This document shows positions 20,311 to 30,401 of a stretch of DNA of 64,000 bases, one piece after another. This DNA comes from Candidatus Hydrogenedentota bacterium (GTDB lineage: Bacteria > Hydrogenedentota > Hydrogenedentia > Hydrogenedentales > SLHB01). Each line of letters begins with the position of its first letter. Position 1 is the stretch's first letter. The stretch covers positions 128,315 through 192,314 of the forward strand of contig CAXXTH010000009.1 in the NCBI GenBank assembly GCA_963668025.2, given 5' to 3'. The notes beneath the pieces were generated by a model, which saw only the letters and a program-made list of their open reading frames with translations, searched no databases and was not told the DNA's origin. The position numbers and the translations under genes were made by a program.

Positions 20311-21073
20311 CTACTCTTTTCTCGACGGTAATGTGAGCCAATGTTGGGCTCCGTGCCCATAGAACTGACATCCGAGGAGCCGTCCGACGATGACACTTCT
20401 GACGAGAAAGATAATGCCCGTAAAGAATCGTTGCTGTAGAGGACCTGATACAACCACGGCGGCGGATGCCAGTACGCCAAGCCCACAGCAATACATAAAA
20501 ATCCCACCGAGAGCCATCAGAATGTACCAGTGAAAATCATGCCCACCTGCATCTTCGATACGGTCCATAAGTCGTGGACCTAACAGGTGCACCGAAAAAT
20601 AAATGAGCCCGTTCGTTCCTCCAATCCAAAAGATCGCTAGAAATGGATGTGGTAGTCCCACGGGAATATTTGGAAGCCAAACGATTGCGCCCGCGATGAT
20701 TAAATAGACACTGATACAAATCAGCGTCTGGACTGTGGCGATGCGTACAGCGCAATGCAGGGCCGTTTCGTCCTTTCGTCGAAGGCCTACACGCTTGAGG
20801 AAGGGTAGGAATTCCCCACTCAAGTACCAGTTCATGAGTTCGAAGGAAGAGACGGTAGGCGTCTGCGTAAGTCCGAGACATCGCCTAGACGCCTGAGGGC
20901 CGCCTGCACGGCGGTTTCTTCATCTGTAGCGTGTGGGCGTTCTTCTTCATAGAGTGAAACGAGATGTGCGTCAACTCCTCAAGCATTTTGTACTGGGTAT
21001 CATATATGGCCCGGACCGGGCGGACGATTTGTTCGACTTCCATCCGAAGACGCACATTTGTTTGCTCTTCCAT
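20311..21073 (-). pseudogene. Frameshifted membrane protein with a permease-prefix-like N-terminal domain
   Basis: MEEQTNVRLRMEVEQIVRPVRA...KMLEELT continues in another frame as AHLVSLYEEERPHATDEETAVQAALRRLGDVSDLRRRL. A third frame gives the multi-TM ORF 20311-20835. Confidence 0.65.
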
Positions 21074-21090
21074 AGCTAATCCCTTGGGAG

Positions 21091-21581
21091 ATCCCCCGGC
21101 TCCTAAATGTCGTAGAAAGGCGTTGTATAAGCAGTTGAGGCATTATTTGGGAGAAGTATTCCGCAAGTTGGCAATGCAGAAGGAAAGCCGGATTGAAGAA
21201 GGGCATCTGATGGAAGACCACGTGCATATGCTGATCAGCATTCCACCAAAGTACCCGGTGTCGCAGGTGATTGGGTATATCAAGGGGAAGAGTGCGATCC
21301 ATTTGGCCCGGGTCTACGGGGAGAACCGGCGCAATTTTGTAGGACAGCATTTCTGGGCGCGAGGCTATTTCGTATCGACGGTAGGTCGGGATGAGACAGT
21401 GATTCGGGAGTATATACAGCGCCAGGAAGTGGAAGACAAACGCCTGGAGCAGCTAAATCTAGGACTTTGACAGGCCACCATTGAGGTGGCCCAACACCGT
21501 CGGGGCTGCGTTAGCGTCCCCACATAGCCGCTTTGAGCGGCTCACATTATAAAGCCCCCGGCTTTGCCGGGGGATACTTAC
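21091..21581 (+). mobile_element. tnpA: IS200/IS605-family element, internally deleted (5'-truncated TnpA at 21102-21470)
   Basis: PKCRRKALY..DHVHMLISIPPK..IKGKS..FWARGYFVSTVG..YI (HUH, Y1); N-terminal YHVVF segment absent. Right-end hairpins at 21473-21491 and 21555-21573, ending in TTAC at 21578-21581. Confidence 0.88.
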
Positions 21582-21770
21582 TGTATGGAGTCTAACGTGA
21601 AGGGTTAGCATGATACGGTTATACCGGCCAGAATCACATCAAAGAAAAGTACGACATTTCACAACATTCCCCTCAGTGGCCTGGCGGCCATACCCCATAA
21701 AGCCGGGCCACCCTTCCGTACCTCGACCGCTTTTCACTCTGGTGTCCAGTGTAACGGTAGTATCTGGGCG

Positions 21771-22727
21771 CTATTTCTGTTCTGGCCCAGCCTCAGCTTT
21801 TCGTTCAGCAGTCAGTTCCTCGCTAAAAAGGATCTCCCGAAGAAGGTAAGCAGGAGTAACGGCGGCTATACCATTATTGGCGACAGACACGAGGTCTTTT
21901 CCAGTCGATGTCTTAAGTGGAACGCCTTCTGCTTGAATAGGCTGGAAGTCGTTCAAGAAACCTTTAACAACACCCGCCAGAAGCATATTTGAATGACCTC
22001 CCACAGCGAGAACACCAGGCACATTGTCCGGACTTGGATAGAAAAAGACCGGCCCACCGCTGTTACCACCGTAGGCTAGGATTTCAATCAGATAGAGATG
22101 CTGAGGCATTCCATCGACAGAGATCTTCTCATCTTCGGCTAGAGCTACCTTTCCAAACCGACAGATCTGGCAGACTCTCTGATTTGCCGACAAGCCATTG
22201 AGTATGCCTAAAAGGAATACGTCTGTACCTTCCTTTATGGTTCCATTCATGAAGACATCCTTTGGGGCAAGAGAGGATTCATCCAGCCCTATGATGTCAA
22301 TTCCGTTTACATCACCAGCCATTTTTATGACTGCAAGATCAACACTTGGGTCGCTGTGGAAAAAGACGTTCTTAGATGCATCTTCCAGAGATACGGCAAA
22401 TGCTTTATCTTCATATCCGGTGCCCTCCTTGTTGAATCGGACTATTCCTTTTGTAGGCAAGAGGTTAGGCTTCTCGGAGTTAACAAACATATGTTTAGCC
22501 GTTACAAAATAATTGAAAGACTTCCCTTGGTCTTTTACATTTGGGATTCCTACAATGAAACCGGTGCCGATCCCCGTGGAACCGTCTCCATACTCTACTG
22601 TAATCAGAGTCGCCATTTTCTTGATGTCTTGAGGCACCTGCATAGCGTCGCATTTCGCGTGAGGGACAAGATGTGCCAGCACTAACAGCACGATTAATGC
22701 ACCAAAGCTACAATAATGCTTTGACAT
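21771..22727 (-). CDS. Secreted trypsin-like (S1) serine protease
   Basis: Signal peptide; GTGF, VTAKH, DLAVI, GNSGGPV catalytic-triad motifs; AT-richer than the flanks. Confidence 0.85.
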   Translation of the reverse strand: MSKHYCSFGALIVLLVLAHLVPHAKCDAMQVPQDIKKMATLITVEYGDGSTGIGTGFIVGIPNVKDQGKSFNYFVTAKHMFVNSEKPNLLPTKGIVRFNKEGTGYEDKAFAVSLEDASKNVFFHSDPSVDLAVIKMAGDVNGIDIIGLDESSLAPKDVFMNGTIKEGTDVFLLGILNGLSANQRVCQICRFGKVALAEDEKISVDGMPQHLYLIEILAYGGNSGGPVFFYPSPDNVPGVLAVGGHSNMLLAGVVKGFLNDFQPIQAEGVPLKTSTGKDLVSVANNGIAAVTPAYLLREILFSEELTAERKAEAGPEQK

Positions 22728-23010
22728 TTTCGTTTTCCTCCTTGGGTAGATTTGCCAATACCCATACTACTCTTTTCTTTTCCAAATACTGTCACATGTA
22801 AGTGTTGAGATTCAAGCGCATAGATATCCGATGTACAGCCCGACTCGAAGAATACCATATCCCCCTAAAAGACCTTGGTTTTTGGGCTTTTTCAAAAACC
22901 GGTCGATGACACCGGTCAATGACACCTTTTGACATGCAATTTGCAGTTTAATGGTGTTGGTTGCCTGTCATTTTCGACATGATTCATTCCTGAAGTTTTA
23001 CACCACTATC

Positions 23011-23254
23011 TAATCCATTCATTTTGCTATGCTTACGGCGCAAATTGCCCATGAGAATGGTTAGTTTCACACTACTGTTTTTCGAGTTTTGCGCTGCGTA
23101 TCCCGTTTGATTAATGGAGTCCATAAAAAGGCGGCGAATTGCCCATGAAGCGCCCATAGTTTGGCGTAGGAATCTAAGTGCTTCATATTGCTATGGTTAC
23201 ATCGAAAATGACCCCTGAAAATGGGTAGTTTGGCGTAGGTATTTTTCGAGTTTC
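23011..23254 (+). repeat. Two 80-bp imperfect direct repeats (23011-23090 and 23175-23254) with a partial third copy between them
   Basis: Ungapped hand alignment gives 57/80 identical, offset 164 bp. Partial copy aattgcccatga...tagtttggcgtagg at ~23137-23170. Confidence 0.75.
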
Positions 23255-23380
23255 CGGGTTGAGGCTTTAGAGGGTTGAGTTATACTGGGCATATTGGCTG
23301 GCATGGCCATAGCGTTGGGGAGTGATCAGGTGGGCAAAAAGGCGATTTCCGGGTAGTGTCCTAATTTGAGCGGGAAGGCT

Positions 23381-23587
23381 CTAGGCCACAAATCCGTGAC
23401 CACATTTCTTGCACGTCATACTGAACCTCTCCTCTGGTGTTAAGGTAACATCAAAGGCTCCTTCCACTTGATCAATTGCCCGAACATTTTTACTCATAAA
23501 CGTGTAGTCATTGTCGGAATAATGCACAACACCTTCTGCCCCGCATTCCGGGCACTTGATTTTCTGTTCTAAATGTTCCCGCGACAT
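23381..23587 (-). CDS. Small zinc-ribbon protein
   Basis: CPECG and CKKCG pairs; GAAGGAG RBS. Confidence 0.7.
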   Translation of the reverse strand: MSREHLEQKIKCPECGAEGVVHYSDNDYTFMSKNVRAIDQVEGAFDVTLTPEERFSMTCKKCGHGFVA

Positions 23588-23789
23588 TACCTATTCTCCT
23601 TCACAATCGCCGCCCGTACAGCGTCCAGAGCCGAATTCAAATGTAGTCCACCCCGGCGCTCGGGCCGGAAGAGGGCCAAAAAGGCGCGAAATCATGCCAC
23701 TATGACTTAATATGGACTTACAAGATTCAATGTAATCAAAAAGCTTCAACTATCTGCTTGTGTAAGTCCTTGATGTTAAAGGCTTTAAA

Positions 23790-23866
23790 TGGCGCGCCTG
23801 ATGCGATTCGAACGCATGACCTACGGCTTAGAAGGCCGTTGCTCTATCCTGCTGAGCTACAGGCGC
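23790..23866 (-). tRNA. tRNA-Arg (anticodon UCU)
   Basis: Reverse complement GCGCCTGTAGCTCAGCAGGATAGAGCAACGGCCTTCTAAGCCGTAGGTCATGCGTTCGAATCGCATCAGGCGCGCCA folds as a cloverleaf with TTCGAAT T-loop and encoded CCA. Confidence 0.97.
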
Positions 23867-24101
23867 TTTTTGGGGGTTGAATTCTCAGGATTGCTTATCC
23901 TTTATATCTTTTAGTATGGCATATTGCTTTTGGAGATCTCCACTTTGGGATTTTTTTGATAATGCAGAATCGGATTTCTTTCCTGGTCATGAATTGACGG
24001 GGATATTCTGCTTCTCTATCATTCATTTTATGTGGTGTGGATGCGCCTTCGGAGGCGGGGTGTTTTTTGGAAGGCGTTTGTTTTTTCAAGTGGAGCAATG
24101 C

Positions 24102-26744
24102 ATGCATATATTCAATAGGAGAAGTCTTTGTTTTGGCATGGTTTTCGCCCTGTTGATGATGGCGGGATGTGCATTATGGTTATATGCCCATTTTTCTGAT
24201 CAACATGGTTATGACCTCGCATGGTTTCGGTTCATGTCTGGACGCCTTAGCCGCAGTCTCAGCGGCCAATCCACGAGGTCGTTGGACATCCATGTGGCGG
24301 TGGATCCCAAAAATGGCCATTTAAGTGCGCAGGTGTCTCTTGTAGTGGAGCTGCGTGTTCCTAATGAATATGAACTCACGTTTTTTCTTAATCCGGGTTT
24401 TGTGGTCTCTTCCGCATCTATCGCGAATGAGCCTGCACACATTAGTCGAAATGGCAGCCAGATCATCCTGCGTACGGCGAAGCCGCTTCCAAGCGGGCAG
24501 GATGTTCCGGTGTTGATAGAGTATAGTGGCGCGGTATGTTCAACAGCGTTGTGCGCTTATATTCCAGCAACAGAACAGATGGTTCTCCCGCCTTTTTTGT
24601 TTTGGTATCCATTTGATTTTAAGAGCTTTTCGTTAATGCAGGCGGCGGTGACGCTCCCTGAGGGCATGGCGGCTGTTGCGCCTCCTGATGCGCGGAATGT
24701 AGCGAACCAGGAGGTATCTCACACCATTTCCTGGCAAATGCCCCGGCCAGTCTATTCCATGGCGCTCGTCGCTGGGTGTTTTGAGCGTGCGCGCCGTATG
24801 TATGGTAATGCAGCATATGATGTGTATTGGCCTTCAAGCCGATCGGCCGATCCAGAAGCGCTTTTTGAAGTGGTTTCGGCGGCACATGGGGATTTTGCTG
24901 CACGGTATGGGAGCGACGATTTCTCCCATGTGGCTGTCGTGTTGTCGGATGCTTGCAGCATGGCGTGTAATGCCGGTGATTCTACTATCTTTTTGCCTTG
25001 GGCGGAGTATGAAGGTTTGAGAGAATCTCAAGCGCCTTATGGGCTGTTTATGCGGCTGGCTGGGCTTGCGGCGCGGAATTGGTGGGGGGGGACGGTGTCT
25101 GGGCGCTGGCTGACGGACAAGCCTGAGGCGGGCGCCTGGCTCATAGATTCCATGGCGGAATATAGCGCCAGGGAGGCCTTGATGAGGCGTTACGGCCGTT
25201 CCGCTTATCTGGAGCATATGGCCAGCCGTTGGATGCCCCCATCGATCCCTGCGCCGTTGAATACGGTGCGTCTTTTTGATATTTCGGAAAAAGAGTGTTC
25301 CGATGCGAAGGGCAATGCGGTGCGTGCGTATGGCCCAGCGGTAGCGCAGATGATTGCGTTGCGAGTGGGGCAAGAGGCTTTTGATGCGGCTTGCCGTAAT
25401 TTTTTTCGCGTATATCGTTATTCCACGGTATCGTATGCGTCTTTTCGCCAGGAACTTGAGCTGGCTTCCGCAACGGATCTTGGAGAATCGTTTCATGCCT
25501 GGTTTGATCGTTCAGGTGTTTTCGATTACGCCATCATGAGTTTGCGGAACACTCCCAATGCCGCGGATTCAGGACCGGGCCAGGTTTCTATTGTCATCAA
25601 TAATAGGGGTGATTTTCCCCTCATGTCGCCTATACGGATTGCGTTCTGGACGCCTGCGGGCATTGAGTTCCGCACGTGCGAGCCGGGCGGTGCGGGAGGG
25701 GGCTTCGAGTTTACGTTGCCGGCTCCCGCAAGCCGGGCGGTGCTGGATCCGGAATTTGATACAGCCGATATGGCCCGGGCTAATAATATATGGCCGCGGC
25801 GCTCGTGGCCGATTGGCGTGTCCGCAGCGCCCAATGGTGCGATTGCATGGTGGACGGCCAAGAATTGGAATGCTTCCACCGAGCAGAATCTTAGTGTGTT
25901 ATTGCCCGGCGCGGATTCGCTCGTAAAAGCTTCTTTGCCGCAACCGATTGTTAGCGGTCCATTGTGGTCGCCAGACAGCAGCCAGTTGGCCTGGGTGGAT
26001 GGAAAACAAGATTCTCGAACTGCATTTTTATATCTATGGGATTCACATGGCCAGCCGAAAACCGAGCGGCATACCGGCATCCAGCAACTAGGGGGATGGG
26101 AAGGCGGCTTGCTCATTGGCTGGCGCGCGGATCATCCCGAGTGGGCGCTGTATGATGTGAAGGAGGGGGGCCGTATATTCCCTGCGTGTTTTACACCATC
26201 CGCCATTGTTCCACATGCGGGGTCATACGCGCCTGCGTATAGCTCTGAGAGCGGAGGCGTTTTATGCCAGCTTCCCGTTGCATTCGCGGAGAATGGCCGT
26301 GACGCTGGAACGGTGCTCCTGTCTCACATAAAGCCGTATGGGGGACTAGGACGCTCCCAAGCCGATGGCGCTTTGCTGTATTTTGAGCGGACAGCCGGTG
26401 TGATGCGGCTTGCGGCTAATGACGCCAGCCCGTTATGTGTTTGCCCGCTGGAATCGCCAGTTCGCCAGCCTGCATTCAGTCCAGATGGAGCCCGGGCGGG
26501 CTGGATCAATGCCGCAGGCCGGCTCGTGTTGTTGGAGCTCAACACGAGCCGGCAGCGGATAGTCGAGCTTCCTGGCGAGACGGTATCCTGGAGCTGGACG
26601 GATAGTGCTTCCGTAGTGGCCCTATCAGCAGAAAAAGCGGCAAGTTTGCCGCTTTTGTGTTATGCCGATTATGTATTGTGGCGCATCCCCATGGATACGC
26701 TGTCGCCTGAACGCATTCCCGTAGAACCGTCCAGTGCGTCTTAG
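24102..26744 (+). CDS. Membrane-anchored M1 aminopeptidase-like protein lacking zinc ligands, with a C-terminal TolB-like beta-propeller
   Basis: N-terminal TM helix; M1-like architecture (..NWWG..AWL..AEYS..FRQELE..DL...F..WF); HExxH position reads GLAAR; WSPD/FSPDG propeller repeats. Confidence 0.7.
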   Translation: MHIFNRRSLCFGMVFALLMMAGCALWLYAHFSDQHGYDLAWFRFMSGRLSRSLSGQSTRSLDIHVAVDPKNGHLSAQVSLVVELRVPNEYELTFFLNPGFVVSSASIANEPAHISRNGSQIILRTAKPLPSGQDVPVLIEYSGAVCSTALCAYIPATEQMVLPPFLFWYPFDFKSFSLMQAAVTLPEGMAAVAPPDARNVANQEVSHTISWQMPRPVYSMALVAGCFERARRMYGNAAYDVYWPSSRSADPEALFEVVSAAHGDFAARYGSDDFSHVAVVLSDACSMACNAGDSTIFLPWAEYEGLRESQAPYGLFMRLAGLAARNWWGGTVSGRWLTDKPEAGAWLIDSMAEYSAREALMRRYGRSAYLEHMASRWMPPSIPAPLNTVRLFDISEKECSDAKGNAVRAYGPAVAQMIALRVGQEAFDAACRNFFRVYRYSTVSYASFRQELELASATDLGESFHAWFDRSGVFDYAIMSLRNTPNAADSGPGQVSIVINNRGDFPLMSPIRIAFWTPAGIEFRTCEPGGAGGGFEFTLPAPASRAVLDPEFDTADMARANNIWPRRSWPIGVSAAPNGAIAWWTAKNWNASTEQNLSVLLPGADSLVKASLPQPIVSGPLWSPDSSQLAWVDGKQDSRTAFLYLWDSHGQPKTERHTGIQQLGGWEGGLLIGWRADHPEWALYDVKEGGRIFPACFTPSAIVPHAGSYAPAYSSESGGVLCQLPVAFAENGRDAGTVLLSHIKPYGGLGRSQADGALLYFERTAGVMRLAANDASPLCVCPLESPVRQPAFSPDGARAGWINAAGRLVLLELNTSRQRIVELPGETVSWSWTDSASVVALSAEKAASLPLLCYADYVLWRIPMDTLSPERIPVEPSSAS

Positions 26745-27862
26745 CGCTTTAGGATGCCTCCACGGCCTTGGCTCAAGTTGATCCCTTGGAGGTTCATCTT
26801 CAACTCTTCCGGATTGTCCGAGGAGAGATAGGCGTCCTCTTCGGTCACCAGGTGGCGCTTGACGAGGCTATGCAAGCTCATGTTGAAGGTCTGCATGCCA
26901 TCATGTTCGCCGCCAGCGATGGCGTTCGGGATTTGGCGCATGTTGTTATCGCGGATAAGTTGGGCGATGCCTGGATTGTTGAACATCACTTCGATGGCCG
27001 GAACACGGCCTCCATCGAGCGAGGGGAGCAAGCGTTGCGCCACGCATGCCCGCAGTTGAAGGGATAGCTGCGAACGCACCTGCTGCTGCTGGGTCGATGG
27101 GAAGAGGTCAAGAATGCGGTCGATGGTCATCATGGCGTTTGTCGTATGCAAGGTGCTGAACACCAAGTGGCCCGTTTCGGACGCAGCGATGCACGCCTGA
27201 AAGGTCTCCGCGTCACGCATTTCGCCGATCAAGATCACATCGGGGTCTTCACGCATCACCGCGCGAAGCGCCACGCCGAAATCCTTCGTGTCGATGGATA
27301 CTTCACGCTGGGTGACAATGCTTCGTTTATTCTCATGCAAGTATTCGATGGGATCTTCAAGCGTGACGATATGGCATCGCCGGTTGCTGTTGATTACATC
27401 AATAACCGATGCGATGGAAGTTGATTTGCCGCTGCCGGTCGTACCCGTCACCAGCACCAAGCCACGCGGGGCGCGTGAAATGATCTCCATGGCGCCAGGC
27501 AAGTTGAGTTCTTCAAACGTTGGAATCTTGGATTTAACATAACGCATGACGATGCCGATAGTACCCCGCTGGCGCAGGCAATTGACGCGGAAGCGCCCCA
27601 GGCCGGGGACGCTGTAGGACATATCCGCGTCTCCCGTTTCAAGGAAATGGGCCTTTCTGGCGGGGACCATGAGTTCGTCGATAAATGTCATCATGTCATC
27701 ATTGGTAAGGTTTTCGGCATCCCGTATGAACCGGACCACCCCGTCGATCCGGACCGCTGGCGGGCTTCCCACGGTGAGATGCACATCCGACGCGCCATGC
27801 TTGATGGCATACGAGAGCACTTTTTGCAGCTCGATGGCATTGCTTTCTGGAGATTCACTCAT
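26741..27862 (-). CDS. pilT: PilT/PilU family type IV pilus retraction ATPase
   Basis: ASDVHL, GTTGSGKST, TLEDPIEY, REDPDVILIGEMRD, ETGHLVFSTLHT, GMQTF. Confidence 0.9.
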   Translation of the reverse strand: MSESPESNAIELQKVLSYAIKHGASDVHLTVGSPPAVRIDGVVRFIRDAENLTNDDMMTFIDELMVPARKAHFLETGDADMSYSVPGLGRFRVNCLRQRGTIGIVMRYVKSKIPTFEELNLPGAMEIISRAPRGLVLVTGTTGSGKSTSIASVIDVINSNRRCHIVTLEDPIEYLHENKRSIVTQREVSIDTKDFGVALRAVMREDPDVILIGEMRDAETFQACIAASETGHLVFSTLHTTNAMMTIDRILDLFPSTQQQQVRSQLSLQLRACVAQRLLPSLDGGRVPAIEVMFNNPGIAQLIRDNNMRQIPNAIAGGEHDGMQTFNMSLHSLVKRHLVTEEDAYLSSDNPEELKMNLQGINLSQGRGGILKR

Positions 27863-27923
27863 GAGTTTTGCTCCTTTTCTACTTTCCGGATAGATCCAAA
27901 ATGGGCGTCCAAGCCGTAGTGGA

Positions 27924-28985
27924 TCAAGATTCTTCGATACCCGTTTCCTGCCGGCTAAGATCAATCAAACTGAAACCTTCGATATAAAGAGAATAAAAAC
28001 CTATCACCACGACCACAAGGACGTTCGACAAATGTGTCACCACCGCCACGGCGGATGCTTGAGAAAAATTGATCGTGGGGATCAACATCGTTAAGCATGC
28101 GACCATAGCCACATGGTATTGGCCGATGAATCCTGGCGTACCAGGCACACTAATGACAATGGCCAGCACGGCTTGTATCACAAAAGGAGCATACCATGGC
28201 CAGTCCAAATCAAAGGCCTCCAGAAAACACACAAAATCTATCAAGAATACCGCCCATAGAAAAAGACTAACCACTATAGATGCTATCATGGCGCCGCCCG
28301 AACGAAAGACGGACAAGCCCTGGGCAAATTGTTCGAGCAGATGATGGGACCAATGCGCCAGGCGTTTGGATACAACTCCCACGATGGCGTCATTCAGTCG
28401 TAATGCAAGCCTCTGATTGAGAAACAACAACACGAGAACGGCCACCACTCCAAAGAAAAAAACCGACGAGCCGATGGCCCCTGAGCGCATGAGCGAGGCT
28501 GTGACGATGATATCATCTTCCCGCCCGAATGTTTGGCCCGGAATGCATATATTATGGTCGGGCCTGAACGCGAGCAGCGCAACCGCCATGGTTCCCATAA
28601 GGCCGAAAAGATCCGTTACGCGATCCAGTGTGACTAGCGCAAAACCTTGGCTGATGGAGGCTTTGCTCCGCTTCGCAAGCACGACGGCACGGATGAACTC
28701 GCCGATGCGGGCGGGCAATACGAAATTCGCCAGGAAGCCGATCTGGGTTGCATTGAATAAGGTGCGGAAAGAAACTTCAGGATCCACGGGGCGCACGATA
28801 TACGTCCACCGCCACACCCGGATAAACATACTCACCACGAGCAGCAAGATAGCGACAATGAACCATCCCATCCGCATTTGTTGCAAGGCTGCAAAAAAAT
28901 CATGCCAATTGGTGCCGCGAAACAAGAACCAAAGAAGCCCTATGCCTACTGCCAGCCCAACACAGAGTTGGATTATCCGTTTCAA
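27924..28985 (-). CDS. Lysylphosphatidylglycerol synthase TM / UPF0104 flippase-like membrane protein
   Basis: RVWRW, NFVLPARIGEFIRA, DRVTD, PGTPGFIG; multiple TM helices. Confidence 0.85.
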   Translation of the reverse strand: MKRIIQLCVGLAVGIGLLWFLFRGTNWHDFFAALQQMRMGWFIVAILLLVVSMFIRVWRWTYIVRPVDPEVSFRTLFNATQIGFLANFVLPARIGEFIRAVVLAKRSKASISQGFALVTLDRVTDLFGLMGTMAVALLAFRPDHNICIPGQTFGREDDIIVTASLMRSGAIGSSVFFFGVVAVLVLLFLNQRLALRLNDAIVGVVSKRLAHWSHHLLEQFAQGLSVFRSGGAMIASIVVSLFLWAVFLIDFVCFLEAFDLDWPWYAPFVIQAVLAIVISVPGTPGFIGQYHVAMVACLTMLIPTINFSQASAVAVVTHLSNVLVVVVIGFYSLYIEGFSLIDLSRQETGIEES

Positions 28986-29062
28986 TCTGTATCTCCTTGC
29001 CGTGAAGGCGCAACTATAGCATTACGTGGAAGAAGGCGGCAAATGAGGCCACTGCAAATGGG

Positions 29063-29560
29063 TTAGGAGCCGCTATACCGGTTTTTAGGGGCGAACCGAG
29101 AACCGCGCGTGAGGCGGCGCTTGGTATTCAACGAAGACACCACATTTAGATCGCCCATTTGCACGGATGGGGCCAGATAATGTTCGAGCGCCTCTTGTGT
29201 TTTTACGGCCATGTCTTCGGCGGCTATGCCAAAAGCCTGGTTCAAGATCATGCGGCAAACGAGGCAGTAATCCGAACCGGTTTGCGCGAGTTCCTTCCGG
29301 CATTTTTTACACTTTTGACGCGTATCCACCTGGCGCTTGAGGAAGGAAGTCTGGCGGATGATCTCGTTCACTTCATCCACGGGGAGCCCCGCGAAAGCGG
29401 CGATATCTTCCGGCTCCTTCATGCTCCAACGCTCGACGGCCTCTTCAATGAGCTGGAGGCTGTCCATGCGGCGTTCTGAACAAGTGGAGCATTCCCGTTT
29501 GCCTTTTTCAACGGCAAACAATTTGCCGCATTTGGGGCATTTTTTAAGTTTGGCAAGCAT
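29063..29560 (-). CDS. Double zinc-ribbon/HTH protein, YvyF-like
   Basis: CPKCGKLF..CSTC, central HTH-like EDIAAFAGLPVDEVNEII, CKKC..CLVC. Confidence 0.6.
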   Translation of the reverse strand: MLAKLKKCPKCGKLFAVEKGKRECSTCSERRMDSLQLIEEAVERWSMKEPEDIAAFAGLPVDEVNEIIRQTSFLKRQVDTRQKCKKCRKELAQTGSDYCLVCRMILNQAFGIAAEDMAVKTQEALEHYLAPSVQMGDLNVVSSLNTKRRLTRGSRFAPKNRYSGS

Positions 29561-30152
29561 GTTGCTTAACTTCCTCAATCAAACGATTTACTTGCATCCG
29601 CAAACGTTCAAGCGTGCCGCTGTTATCGAGCACCCAATCGGCAATCGCCAGTTTGCGCTCAGGCGGAGCTTGCGACTTCATGCGCTGCAATGCATCTTGA
29701 CGCGATATGCCGCGCCCTTCAGCGAGCCGCTGCAACCGTGTCTCTATTGGACAGTCTACCACAATCAGGCCGTCAAGAAACGCGGTTTTTTTACCATCTT
29801 CGGCGATAAGGGCGGCGTCAATGAGTGCGAATGCATGCCCCTGCCGTTCAAGCTTGGCGCAGCGCTGGGCGATTTCATCGCTGATGAGGGGGTGGACAAT
29901 GGCATTCAAGCGCAGCCGGGCGGATTCATCGGAAAACACCAGCGCTCCGAGTTTTGTGCGGTCGATGGCTCCGTTGCTCAGAATGCGTTCACCAAAGGCC
30001 GCCGACACGGCCTCAACTGCTTTTCCACCTGGCGCGATGAGCTCGTGGCCTATCAAGTCCGCATGGATGACCGGCACGCCTTGTTCAATGAAATAGCGGG
30101 CGGCTTCCGTTTTGCCGCTGCCCATGGCTCCCGTGAGGCCGTACACCCGCAT
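29544..30152 (-). CDS. coaE: Dephospho-CoA kinase
   Basis: GLTGAMGSGKT, IDRTKLGALVF, LNAIVHPLI, ADWVLDNSG. Confidence 0.93.
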   Translation of the reverse strand: MRVYGLTGAMGSGKTEAARYFIEQGVPVIHADLIGHELIAPGGKAVEAVSAAFGERILSNGAIDRTKLGALVFSDESARLRLNAIVHPLISDEIAQRCAKLERQGHAFALIDAALIAEDGKKTAFLDGLIVVDCPIETRLQRLAEGRGISRQDALQRMKSQAPPERKLAIADWVLDNSGTLERLRMQVNRLIEEVKQHACQT

Positions 30153-30401
30153 GCGGCTTATCGAAGAACCTGGATCATGTAGCTTGTTTTTTGGTATAAG
30201 CAAGGTTGCTCCATTTCTGGATATATCCATTGGCGAACGGATATATCCTACACCGGCGCAAGGAGCGGCGGTCAAGTGAGCGAAACCAAATTCGTTTACA
30301 TAGGGTCTAAGAAACATCAAGGGCTTGCAATCGCCACAAACCGGTGCGGGAGTTTTGCTGGAAATTTCAAGGCGCCCGTTCCAGAGCATATCGGAGAGGC
30401 C

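Noticed and set aside
22897-23254. CRISPR array
   Set aside because: Only 2-3 degenerate long repeats, no constant repeat-spacer period, and no cas genes.
23588-23660. Possible integrase C-terminal remnant (HLNSALDAVRAAIVKENR) next to the tRNA
   Set aside because: Too short, with no catalytic R-H-R-Y motif to support it.
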